From the NCBI GenBank assembly GCA_963674945.2, contig CAXXWQ010000004.1, positions 416,001-480,000 on the forward strand: 64,000 bases of DNA, read 5' to 3'. The translations under genes and the position numbers were made by a program. Each line of letters starts with the position of its first letter. Within the stretch, counting starts at the first letter, position 1. Below the pieces are notes generated by a model, which searched no databases, was not told the origin of the DNA, and worked only from the letters and a program-made list of their open reading frames with translations. Origin of the DNA: an uncultured Desulfosarcina sp. (GTDB lineage Bacteria > Desulfobacterota > Desulfobacteria > Desulfobacterales > Desulfosarcinaceae). Positions 49,245 through 58,697 of this stretch are shown in pieces.

Positions 49245-49739
49245 ATGTCACAAATAGCCGAACTTTTGAAAAGCTTCCCGCTAGCCGATTCTGACGCTTC
49301 TGAATCTCTGCTGAAAGGGGTGCTTTTATTTAAAGAGACACAACACATTCTTCGTAGACCGATGGTATATGATCCGGGTATCTGCATCGTGGCCCAGGGT
49401 CACAAGATTGGCTACCTGGGAGGCCAGAAGTTTCGATATGATGCCAACCATTACCTGGTGACCTCTGTCACCATGCCCTTCGAATCCGAGACCTTTGCAA
49501 CCCCTGAAGAGCCACTTTTGGGCCTTTATATTAATATCGATATGGGCCAGCTGCATGATCTGATCGGCCGATTGGGGCTCCAGGCAGAGATCGGCAGTGC
49601 CTTTGAAAAGGGCTTGCCGTGCGGGATTGGCCCGGCTGTCATGGATGAGGATATGGCGGATGCAACGTTGCGGCTGGTCAAGTGCCTGCGGTCGAAGACA
49701 GAATCCCAGATTTTGGGACCCGGCCTGGTGCGGGAAATT
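49245..49739 (+). pseudogene. AraC family regulator (YqhC-like), N-terminal part, interrupted by an IS
   Basis: YDPGICIVAQGHK...YLV...PEEPLLGL; ends at LVREI at the IS boundary. Confidence 0.9.
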
Positions 49740-52195
49740 CAGAACACTGCATCTCCGGGAAAACTATGTGACACCTCCGGCATGATTTGAGGTGCTGCAG
49801 CCATTTAGTTCGAATATCATTTGCAGCTCGGTACCGGGGTATTTTACCTGCGCACTGTTCAGATGCGCAAACAGTTGGCAAAGAGCCCGATTGGCCGCTG
49901 GGAACGAAGCGCCGTGCAATCGTATATTCAATTGCTGATTTTCAATATCGGGCAGTACATCGCCTTCGGTCTGGAACAGTGTCTGGAGAAGACTCCGTGC
50001 ATCCGACGAGTTTACCGTCGGACCCGTGAGCAACCCAACCATTGCCGTCTCTGCACGATATGCAATCATACGAACCGTGTCCATCAGGCGTTTTCTGCCC
50101 GGTTGTAAACGTAAAAATTTATCTTTTGCTTCAAGTTCTCCCCACGTGATGTGTTTACTTGTCTGTTTTCGTTTTTCTTTCAACTCGCTGAGTTGATACT
50201 CCATCTTTTCGATTTCTTCTAACAGCTCGGCCTTTTTCTCTATCCACTTCTTAAACTTTACCGGTTTGTCTTCATTTTCAGGGTGAATGGTCATCTCGGC
50301 AAAACAGGCACGACGATATCGTAGCTTGTTCTGCAACGAATTACGGGATTGATTCAATTGCCGCCAAACGGGGTTGATTACCCGTTCGGTATCAGGAAAT
50401 TCAACGACACCATAATCTAAAAGCACATCGATATCAAAATGTTGCATCATATAGTTGAAAAAGTTTTCCTGACACCACCGGCTGAACATGCGTGCTGCCA
50501 ATTGAGTATGCGGCAAATCGAAAGCGGTGCTGATTACGCTGGTCTGGTGTCCGGAATCGGTCAGTTTTCGCACTTGTCGCATCCATGTTGCACCCTTACC
50601 AGATCCCACCAAACTACCCATTTCGCAAAGCCGCATCTTCACCACCTCTTTGTTTGGCATCGCAACTTCATACTCGGTGAACCAATGCTCCGGCCATGAT
50701 TCACCAGGATGCTTATGATACGTCATGCAGCCGATTCGATGGCGATCCCACATTTCCTTGAAGAATGCGGGACTATATCCTTCCCTGTCGAAAACAAGAA
50801 CGAACCGGCATAAACATGGGTTCTCTTGTAGTTGCTGCAAACCGGGTTGATTCGGAACGTCTTGCAACAACCGGGGAACGATATCGTCTCTTAAAACCGC
50901 CAATAATCCAGGATCGATCTGCTTTTCGACGACAAAAAAAGGTCGGCCAATCGCATCGTTAACCCAATAGTCGGTAATGCCCCTCATGCACAATCGTTCC
51001 CGGGACACGTAGCGGCGCGGTAGTCGGGTCAATTTTCCATGATAAACACGTACATGCCCGTCAACATAAAGCGCGCCAACCGATTCGGGCGCCTGTTCCA
51101 TCCAGTATTTACCGAGGTATGCGGCCCACTTTTCCGCGCCGTGGTCTGCGCTCAACGCATCCATCTTGTAACGCAAACAGCGAACCTCCGGTGCACGATC
51201 CAAGCCCAATAACTTACCAAATTCTCCCGGAGCATGGCCTCGTATTTTTTCTGTCGTCTTGATCCTGCATAAGGCCATAAACGAAAGCAGCAACAAGACA
51301 TGAAAGATCGTGTAATAGCCTTTGACTTGGCCGAGGAACTGTTTTGCGCCGGTAAACAACCCGTTTGCCACCAATGACGGTATCGCACAAAGAACGCCTG
51401 CTTTGGGAACGTCCAGGCATCTGTCAAAACGAACCGGCGCACCAACCATTTTGCCCAATGATGCCAATATGCGTTCCCCGACTCGGTTGCAAGCCGTCCC
51501 CATACCATCGGCAGCAGCCATGTCGACCATGTCCCGATCTGATTTGGTTAGACACGGTTCACCAATCCTTGATTCGATTAACCGACCATCATCTATAGCT
51601 TTGCGAAACGTATCGTATTTAATGCCAAGTTCCAGGGCGGCATCTTTTTTCGAGCACCCTTGATCCAGTAAACGTTGGGCTTGTTCAAGCACCTCAGGTT
51701 TGAAAACCTTGCCGCCGCGTCGTCCCCGCCGCTGAACGAAAAATGCCTCGGCGCCGCCGGACCTGAGTTTGTTCACGGATCGGATGACATTGCTCTTGGA
51801 TACGCCGAATGTGTTTTGGATATCGATCTGGCGGCAAGCTCCGGATTCAACCAGTTGGGCTGTTATCATCCGAAACATTCGTTGATCGCCTTGTCTGTGA
51901 GAATAAATCGGAACGGTCGATAGAAAATAGGTCCAGGTCGTATCGTCACGAAATACACTGACAAGCCCGTTGATTTGTCTTGCACCGCGAGGAATAAGTG
52001 GTAGTATCTGTTGAGGCATGGCATCCTTTTCCTTTCATTTATCCGCCAAGATAATAAGGTTAAAGGTGCCATGTTCATTTTCCGGTTGCAATACCTTACC
52101 GGCCTGCTGGATTCAGACTCCTATCTTTCTGTTTTTCAACCACTTACATTATGTTTTGCTTGCCATATGCAACAATTAGGAAATCAAGTTTCCTG
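49740..52195 (-). mobile_element. 2,456-bp insertion sequence
   Basis: AAATT target duplication at 49735-49739 and 52196-52200; imperfect 17-bp IRs CAGAACACTGCATCTCC / CAGGAAACTTGATTTCC; excision restores the AraC frame (REILYRAL). Confidence 0.92.
49764..52019 (-). CDS. Large putative DDE transposase with N-terminal HTH region (751 aa)
   Basis: Fills the IS; LYVDGH, VFDREG and RWCQENFF acidic motifs. Confidence 0.88.
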   Translation of the reverse strand: MPQQILPLIPRGARQINGLVSVFRDDTTWTYFLSTVPIYSHRQGDQRMFRMITAQLVESGACRQIDIQNTFGVSKSNVIRSVNKLRSGGAEAFFVQRRGRRGGKVFKPEVLEQAQRLLDQGCSKKDAALELGIKYDTFRKAIDDGRLIESRIGEPCLTKSDRDMVDMAAADGMGTACNRVGERILASLGKMVGAPVRFDRCLDVPKAGVLCAIPSLVANGLFTGAKQFLGQVKGYYTIFHVLLLLSFMALCRIKTTEKIRGHAPGEFGKLLGLDRAPEVRCLRYKMDALSADHGAEKWAAYLGKYWMEQAPESVGALYVDGHVRVYHGKLTRLPRRYVSRERLCMRGITDYWVNDAIGRPFFVVEKQIDPGLLAVLRDDIVPRLLQDVPNQPGLQQLQENPCLCRFVLVFDREGYSPAFFKEMWDRHRIGCMTYHKHPGESWPEHWFTEYEVAMPNKEVVKMRLCEMGSLVGSGKGATWMRQVRKLTDSGHQTSVISTAFDLPHTQLAARMFSRWCQENFFNYMMQHFDIDVLLDYGVVEFPDTERVINPVWRQLNQSRNSLQNKLRYRRACFAEMTIHPENEDKPVKFKKWIEKKAELLEEIEKMEYQLSELKEKRKQTSKHITWGELEAKDKFLRLQPGRKRLMDTVRMIAYRAETAMVGLLTGPTVNSSDARSLLQTLFQTEGDVLPDIENQQLNIRLHGASFPAANRALCQLFAHLNSAQVKYPGTELQMIFELNGCSTSNHAGGVT

Positions 52196-52200
52196 AAATT

Positions 52201-52590
52201 CTGTATCGGGCCCTTTGCGGCGCGCAGGCACCGGTACTCTATTCCCTGGCCATGCACAACGGGACGTTTTCCCAGGTGGCCCGGGCGTTGAAGACTATGC
52301 AAGATAACTATTCGGAGAAGCTGGATGTGGACCAGTTGGCCAACACAGCCCGCATGAGTGCCTCGGCGTTTCACCGGTCCTTTAAAGAAATCACTTCGGA
52401 TTCTCCCATGCAGTATCTGAAAAAACTCCGGCTGACCAAGGCAAGGGATTTAATGGTGCAGCAAAAGATGAAAGCGTACATCGCGGCCGACCAGGTGGGC
52501 TATGAAAGTTCCTCCCAGTTCAGCCGTGAATTCAAGCGGTACTTCGGGCAGACCCCTGCCGAGATGGTGCGCGAGATGCGGGCCGCATAA
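52201..52590 (+). pseudogene. AraC family regulator, C-terminal HTH part
   Basis: LYRAL...LANTARMSASAFHRSFK...SPMQYLKKLRL...VGYESSSQFSREFKRYFG. Confidence 0.9.
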
Positions 52591-52725
52591 AGTGCAGTCG
52601 CCGACGATTGGGGTGAGGGCAGATGGATGCGACGACATCTTTCCAATCCGGCGATGGCGCCAAGGGTATCCAAAAAGTGCTTTCCTGTATCTTTACGATC
52701 TACATCCGCTTGTTTCCCCGTTCCA

Positions 52726-53244
52726 CTACCCCCTAGTCGTGAATCGCCAGCGGCAGTACAGATTCTTGGGATGCTTGTCCGGCGGAGCGAACAAACACGC
52801 CACCTTTATGGAAGGATCGATTACCCGGGCGAAATTTTCGAATTCAGCCCGGTGCATATCTTTGCAGTCATATTCACCCATACCATGCTTCAGACGCCCT
52901 TCCTGGGCCGGGCAGCTGGGAACCTCGAGAATCAGTTCGTCGTCCTTTTCCAATAATTCATAGTCCACGATGATAGACCAGGGAAAAAGTTTCAATGCCT
53001 TCACAAACCCCGGAATGCCTTTCTCATCGATGGCAAACCGCTCTTTCAGGTCCCGGGCGGCCAGGTTTCCCACCTTACCCCATACCAGTTCATTGATCTT
53101 GCAGGCCTCTTCATGGCCATGGCGATTCTCGATATTGATAAACCAGAATGCATCCATCACCCTGTAATTGTGCAGTAAAAAACCCAGATATTTCAGGATA
53201 TCTTCTTTCGTCCACGCCGCAAACGATGCTGCCAATCGATCCAT
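52726..53244 (-). CDS. DUF6125-like protein
   Basis: DAFWF..IE, CPAQEGR, YDCK, FARVIDP, CLFAPPD, CRWRF. Confidence 0.7.
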   Translation of the reverse strand: MDRLAASFAAWTKEDILKYLGFLLHNYRVMDAFWFINIENRHGHEEACKINELVWGKVGNLAARDLKERFAIDEKGIPGFVKALKLFPWSIIVDYELLEKDDELILEVPSCPAQEGRLKHGMGEYDCKDMHRAEFENFARVIDPSIKVACLFAPPDKHPKNLYCRWRFTTRG

Positions 53245-53368
53245 GATACCATCCCCTTCGTCTTTGAAATTTGATAGTGTCGACGCCATATTTCTGTCCC
53301 GCCCACTGTAACCGTTATCTCCAAGATGTTTCAACCATGACGGATTCGTAAAAACATGAAAGCCCCGG

Positions 53369-54709
53369 TCAGCCGTGGGCCAGATTCTTCAACCGGGTCA
53401 ACGTCTCCCAGGAAAAGGCCTCGCTCCGGCATGGAAAGATGGCGTTGTTGGTGTAGATGGGGTCCGATTCCAGATCATAGCGGGAGGCGGCCACGGCGGC
53501 CGGCCACATGCGGGTGCGGGGAATGGGCGTGTAGTGGGCGATGACCGGCGTAATGCCGGCCTTTTTGACCACCCTTATGGAGTTCTCGATTCCGGCGATG
53601 TCCTGGCCGGGCAGTCCGGCCAAAAGATAGGCCCCCACCTGCCCGGGCGCGAAGCCGGCGGTCGTCAGATGCCCGACGTTTCGCAAAAACTCCCTTTCGT
53701 TCACCTTTCGATCCATGGTCCGGCGATCTTCGAAATCGGTGGTCTCCAGGCCCAGGCGAATCGTATGAAACCCGGCCCGAAACATCAGCCGTGCCAGAGG
53801 TGCCGAGATCTTTCGGATATGAAGGGCGTTGGGCGTATGAAACCGCACCGATTTCTTTTTTTCGATGACTCGTTCAAGCAGAGGAATAATATGGTCATCG
53901 GCCTGCAACAAAAGCGCGTCGTCGTAAAAGGCGAAATCGCAAACCCCGTATCTTTCGTGCCAATGGTGGATTTCGTTCACCACATTTTCGGGGCTGCGGC
54001 GCATGGCTTTGGGTTGAAGCAGGTGGGACGCGCAATAGGCACATCGGTACGGGCAACCGCGTGAGGTGAGCAGGGGGACATGGGCCAGACGGCAGGAAAG
54101 ATCCATGGCCGGCAAAGGGTACGTGTCCAGATGATCGGCGTCGAAACGAGGCGCCGTAGACCATCCGGTCATCTCCGCCACCAGGGACAGGATGGCCGGT
54201 TCCCCAGGACCGGTCACCACCCGGTCCGCACCGCAGGCCTGCCTGGCATGATCCGGGCATAAGGTCGCGTAAACACCACCCAACACCAGCGGCACATTGG
54301 GGTAAACGGATTTCACCGATTCGATGGTTTCCCGCACCCCCGGATACCAGTAGGTCATCAGGGAAGTCACCAGCACAAGGTCCGGAGGATCGAGACCTTC
54401 CAGATCCCTGCGAAACCGCCGGGGCGAGATGCCGTATCGGCAAAAATGGCGGGGAATATCGGCCAGCCCCGGCGGCTTGGGAATGATGGTTTTCAAAAAT
54501 GGGCCGCGCCCGCATCGCGCCGGCGGCCAGGGTGCCGGTTTTTCCTTGGGATGAAAGCGATCCAGGCAGTTCAGGTAGGAGATCCTGGCCCCATGTTCCC
54601 GCAAGATGCCCCCAAGTGTGAGCAATCCCAGGGGATTGGCCCAGAAATCGTAGGCGGCGAAATCGTGGATCCAGGGATTGACCAGCAGGATGTGAGGTGC
54701 GTGGTCCAT
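53369..54709 (-). CDS. B12-binding-domain radical SAM protein
   Basis: NPWIHDFAAYD, TSLMTYWY, LGGVYA, TSRGCPYRCAYC, FYDD. Confidence 0.92.
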   Translation of the reverse strand: MDHAPHILLVNPWIHDFAAYDFWANPLGLLTLGGILREHGARISYLNCLDRFHPKEKPAPWPPARCGRGPFLKTIIPKPPGLADIPRHFCRYGISPRRFRRDLEGLDPPDLVLVTSLMTYWYPGVRETIESVKSVYPNVPLVLGGVYATLCPDHARQACGADRVVTGPGEPAILSLVAEMTGWSTAPRFDADHLDTYPLPAMDLSCRLAHVPLLTSRGCPYRCAYCASHLLQPKAMRRSPENVVNEIHHWHERYGVCDFAFYDDALLLQADDHIIPLLERVIEKKKSVRFHTPNALHIRKISAPLARLMFRAGFHTIRLGLETTDFEDRRTMDRKVNEREFLRNVGHLTTAGFAPGQVGAYLLAGLPGQDIAGIENSIRVVKKAGITPVIAHYTPIPRTRMWPAAVAASRYDLESDPIYTNNAIFPCRSEAFSWETLTRLKNLAHG

Positions 54710-54718
54710 GGCTGCCGA

Positions 54719-55222
54719 TTATCCCGAATGCTCCTTTTCGTCGTCGTCCAGTACGTCGGGGAAATAGGTCATGGAGATCTTCTTCAGCTCACGACGGGAA
54801 AACAGCATCTTGTAGTTTTCCACACCCGCTTTTTCGGCCATTTTGGTGGCCGTTCGCCGGCAGTCCGCCTCGCTTTTGCCGTGAATCATGGTGTACAGGT
54901 TGTAGGGCCAGTCCTCCGCCGGATCCCGGCGGTAGCAGTGGGATACGGCCCGGAAACCGGCCATGATCTTTCCCACTTCTTGGATACGCTCCTCTTCCAC
55001 CTGCCAGGCGGTCATGGCATTGGCCTGGTACCCGGACTTCTGGTGACGCAATGTGGCGCCAAAGCGGCGGATGACGCCCCTTTCGGTGAGGTCTGCCAGG
55101 GTCTGGATGAAGTCCTCTTCGGAGACACCGATGCTCTCGGCCAGTCGCCGGTAGGGACGGGAAACGATGGGAATATCCCCCTGGATGGAGGCGATCACCT
55201 TTTTTTCGAGGTCGGTCAGCAT
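54719..55222 (-). CDS. ahbB: Siroheme decarboxylase subunit (AhbB-like, Lrp/AsnC fold)
   Basis: QGDIP...RPY, IRRFGATLRH, ANAM.AW, VSHCYRR, WPYNLYTMIHG, ELKK. Confidence 0.8.
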   Translation of the reverse strand: MLTDLEKKVIASIQGDIPIVSRPYRRLAESIGVSEEDFIQTLADLTERGVIRRFGATLRHQKSGYQANAMTAWQVEEERIQEVGKIMAGFRAVSHCYRRDPAEDWPYNLYTMIHGKSEADCRRTATKMAEKAGVENYKMLFSRRELKKISMTYFPDVLDDDEKEHSG

Positions 55223-55241
55223 GGTCACATTTCGATTTTCG

Positions 55242-55367
55242 GGCGGCGTCGTAAAAAGCCCGAGATCAGGGCTTGCGAGTCCCGAGGAATGAGGCGTATG
55301 GTTGGATACGTCGCAGTGACGAGGGACGAAGCATAACGCCGATATCGGGCCTTTTTACGAAGCCGTC
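55242..55367. repeat. Second copy of the palindromic MITE-like repeat
   Basis: GGCGGCGTCGTAAAAAGCCCGAGATC...GCTTGCGAGTCC...GGAATGAGGCGTA...CGCAGTGACGA...CTTTTTACGAAGCCGTC matches 24937-25061. Confidence 0.85.
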
Positions 55368-56469
55368 AATATTCGGGAAAGAGGGTATGGATCTCCTTCT
55401 CACTCGCCCCGCAGATCCCCCTTTCGGTAATGAAACCGGTCACCAGCCGCGCCGGCGTGACGTCGAAGGCGAAATCGGCAGCAGGACTGGTCTCCGGGGG
55501 AACCAGCACCCGGACGACACTGCCATCATCGGCCAGTCCCTGCACATACCGGACCTCGTCCGGGCTCCGCTCCTCGATGGGGATCTGCTTCACCCCGTCG
55601 GTCATGGTCCAGTCGAAGGTGGAAGACGGCAATGCCACGTAAAAGGGGATGTCGTTGTCTTTGGCGGCCAGGGCCTTGAGATAGGTTCCGATCTTGTTGG
55701 CCACGTCACCGGTGTGGGTGGAGCGGTCGGTTCCCACGATTACTATGTCCACTCGGCCGTTCTGCATCAGATGGCCGCCGGTGTTGTCCGTGATCACCGT
55801 ATGCGGGACGCCGTGCTTTCCCAGTTCCCAGGCGGTCAGCCGCGATCCCTGATTCAACGGCCGGGTTTCGTCCACCCACACATGCAGGTTCACGCCCCGG
55901 TCGAAGGCCTCATAGACAGGTGCGGTGGCCGTGCCGTATTCGATGCAGGCCAGCCAACCGGCATTGCAATGGGTCAGCACGTTGACCGGTTCGCTCCCTT
56001 TCCTGCGCCCGATCTCCTCCAATACGGCGGCGCCATGGATGCCGATCTGGCGGCAGTTCTCCACCTCCTCTTCGGCGATGGCGGCGGCCTCTTTTCGGGC
56101 CGCATCGATGCGACCGTCCTCGGTATCGACCGCCGACAATCGCCGGAGCACCCGATCCACACCCCATGCAAGGTTGACGGCCGTTGGACGGGCGGCCTTG
56201 AGCCGTTGGCTCTCCTGGCCGATGAAAGCGTTGTGATCGGCGGATCCCTTACCATTGATAGCGGCAATCATCACTCCGTAGGCACCGGTAACACCGATGA
56301 GTGGTGCACCCCGGACGAACATCTGCTGTATTGCATGAATCACCTGGTCCACGGTGGTCAAATCGGCCACCACAAACTGATGGGGAAGCTGACGCTGGTC
56401 GATCACCTTTACCGTCATCCCATCCTTGTCCAGCCAGATGGGCCGGATCTGTTTGCCGTCGACGATCAT
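55366..56469 (-). CDS. mtnA: S-methyl-5-thioribose-1-phosphate isomerase
   Basis: IDQRQLP, VRGAPLIG, RPTAVNL, LTHCNAG, DETRP, QGSRLT, NKIGTY, FDVTP. Confidence 0.95.
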   Translation of the reverse strand: MIVDGKQIRPIWLDKDGMTVKVIDQRQLPHQFVVADLTTVDQVIHAIQQMFVRGAPLIGVTGAYGVMIAAINGKGSADHNAFIGQESQRLKAARPTAVNLAWGVDRVLRRLSAVDTEDGRIDAARKEAAAIAEEEVENCRQIGIHGAAVLEEIGRRKGSEPVNVLTHCNAGWLACIEYGTATAPVYEAFDRGVNLHVWVDETRPLNQGSRLTAWELGKHGVPHTVITDNTGGHLMQNGRVDIVIVGTDRSTHTGDVANKIGTYLKALAAKDNDIPFYVALPSSTFDWTMTDGVKQIPIEERSPDEVRYVQGLADDGSVVRVLVPPETSPAADFAFDVTPARLVTGFITERGICGASEKEIHTLFPEY

Positions 56470-56579
56470 ATCTCTTATCTCCGCAGTAGCATTGTCATAA
56501 TCGTTTCGTATGGCGAATTGGCCGAACGCCTTGCTTACCACAAATCCTCGAAATTGAAAAGAAACCCGCGACGAAGAAT

Positions 56580-56897
56580 TCAGTAGGAAATGTTACGACG
56601 CGCCATCTCCTTTCGCACCTTTTTCAGCTTCTGCTCCAGTTGCCACCCCTCCCCGCCCAGAATATATGGCATCTGGGCGACGGGTTCTTCCTGGGAAATC
56701 ATTCCCTGGCGGTCTTCCTCGACGGTTTTCGCCTGCACATCCTTGAGCCGGTCGCTGAGACCCTTGTAGCAGTCTACCAGTTCCCCATCGCTCATTTCGG
56801 ACAGCCGGCGGGCCATTGGGTCATCCGTATTGGTGGCGCACCCCACCAGCAGCACCGTCGCGAGGAAAAAGAACACCCATGAAAGACGGACGGACAT
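56580..56897 (-). CDS. Small hypothetical lipoprotein
   Basis: Signal peptide with lipobox LVGC. Confidence 0.7.
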   Translation of the reverse strand: MSVRLSWVFFFLATVLLVGCATNTDDPMARRLSEMSDGELVDCYKGLSDRLKDVQAKTVEEDRQGMISQEEPVAQMPYILGGEGWQLEQKLKKVRKEMARRNISY

Positions 56898-57100
56898 GCG
56901 AACCGCCCCAGTACAATCATCCAACGATTGATTAGGTTTGTGCATTTTATTCTTTCCGGATCTTTTTAGGATTTCTCTATTCAAAACAAATCATTGATTT
57001 TTTATAAAAAGCTTTTTCCAAATTATCATTCATCGGCAAGGATAGGCAATAAACGTATCTTTTTCACGGATGTTATGATGTGCGTGTCAGGGAAAAAGCT

Positions 57101-58072
57101 TTACGTCAACTTTTCCATGGCCTCTGTGGCAGCCTCTTTCACTTCGTCATCAAAGTCCCCTGCGATTACTTCCGATAGAAAGGGCAAAATCGCCTTGTTT
57201 CCCGACTCACCCAGCACATGGAGAAGATCTCCCTTGACCGGATCCTCCCCTTTGGCAAAGGCTGCCATCAGGGGTTCGACAATCTGACCGGCCAAGTTCG
57301 GGTCTTCTTCGACCATGGTTTCATAGGCAACCATGGCACCCAGCCGAACGGACCAACGAGAGTGTGTTAGAAGTTCGATGAAAGCGGGAAATATCATTTG
57401 CCGATCGATCATCATCCGGGAGACGGCCTCGGCATTCCCCCCTTCGATCACGCCTTTGAGAGCTTCGGCGCCAAGGTGGACCGGATCCCGATCCAGCATC
57501 ACGGTAACCAGTTCGCCCACATCCACGGCACCGGTCCAACGAAACCGATCGTCCAGAATCACCGTGGGCGCACTTTGGACGCCATCCTTTTGTGCATGCT
57601 CCCGGAACATCTCCCCGTCGACGATCGTCACGCGAACCATCTCGCTGATGGCGGACAGCCCGAGCAGAGTGGATACGGTAACCGGACAAAATGGACAGTG
57701 GGGAGTAATGTATACCGTAAACAGGGCCGGAAGAAAAAGGGATTGCAGGCGGGAACGATCCTCGGGTGCGATCCGGTCGGAAAATACGTTCGGATCGCCC
57801 AATACGGCAAGAAAGGGCTCCAATTCCCGATCCAGGGGAATCGCCTGGTATTGAACCCGGCCGCCCACGAATAAGGTGGGACGAGACACCGTCGCATCAC
57901 CATCCTTTTTCATCCGAACCGTGGGCGCCAGTTCACCCATTCGCTGGACAAATTCACGAAACCGGTCATCCGATTCATCTGTGGCGGTGGCCCAGCCAAG
58001 AGATATCTCCCCCGTAACCGTCTCACCCCATTTCCTGATTTTCTCTTCGTCTTGTTTCGACAGGTCAGCCAT
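57101..58072 (-). CDS. Thioredoxin-fold (AhpF-NTD-like) protein with C-terminal HEAT repeats
   Basis: ITPHCPFCP, VQSAPT, then VRLGA...LGESG...VKEAATEA HEAT-like repeats. Confidence 0.8.
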   Translation of the reverse strand: MADLSKQDEEKIRKWGETVTGEISLGWATATDESDDRFREFVQRMGELAPTVRMKKDGDATVSRPTLFVGGRVQYQAIPLDRELEPFLAVLGDPNVFSDRIAPEDRSRLQSLFLPALFTVYITPHCPFCPVTVSTLLGLSAISEMVRVTIVDGEMFREHAQKDGVQSAPTVILDDRFRWTGAVDVGELVTVMLDRDPVHLGAEALKGVIEGGNAEAVSRMMIDRQMIFPAFIELLTHSRWSVRLGAMVAYETMVEEDPNLAGQIVEPLMAAFAKGEDPVKGDLLHVLGESGNKAILPFLSEVIAGDFDDEVKEAATEAMEKLT

Positions 58073-58532
58073 CTTTATTATCCGTTTTTTTTCCGAACTG
58101 AAATTTTTCCGAAAGCAATTTTCGGGTGATGGGACTTACCGGCAGTCGCATCAGTTCATCCCTCGTGATCCAGCGGGCATCGGTGGCGTCGTCTCCGGCT
58201 CTCGGCTCACCGCTCACGTAGTCGGCCAAAAGGTCGACGATGACGTAATGAAACTTCACCGCACCATGGTCGTCGTACTCTATGGTATCGAAGACAAAAA
58301 CTGGATCACAGGCCCGAATCGTAACGCCCGTCTCTTCACGAATCTCCCGCTCCGCCGCGCATTGGAGGGTCTCACCCGCCCGGATGCTTCCTCCGGGGAT
58401 TGCCCATATTCCCTTGGCAGGCGGATTGGCGCGCCTTACCAGAAGAACCCGGTCATCCTTGAAGACCACCGCTCCCACGGCCGGGAGAGGGCGATCGGGA
58501 TATGTCCTGGAGCTATCCGTTGGATCTGACAT
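58065..58532 (-). CDS. NUDIX hydrolase
   Basis: YPDRP..AVGAVV; NUDIX box GGSIRAGETLQCAAEREIREETG. Confidence 0.92.
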   Translation of the reverse strand: MSDPTDSSRTYPDRPLPAVGAVVFKDDRVLLVRRANPPAKGIWAIPGGSIRAGETLQCAAEREIREETGVTIRACDPVFVFDTIEYDDHGAVKFHYVIVDLLADYVSGEPRAGDDATDARWITRDELMRLPVSPITRKLLSEKFQFGKKTDNKDG

Positions 58533-58697
58533 GATTTCTCTACCGTCGCTGTTGGATCGAACTCGATCGGTATCACCATTTTCCCTTCGCTTCAATTTAA
58601 AACATACGGTCATTGACCTAACCATCAATTTTTGATAGCAGCAACAGTCATTTATGCAATTTCATATGAGATGCGTCGTTGAGATAGGATACACCCT

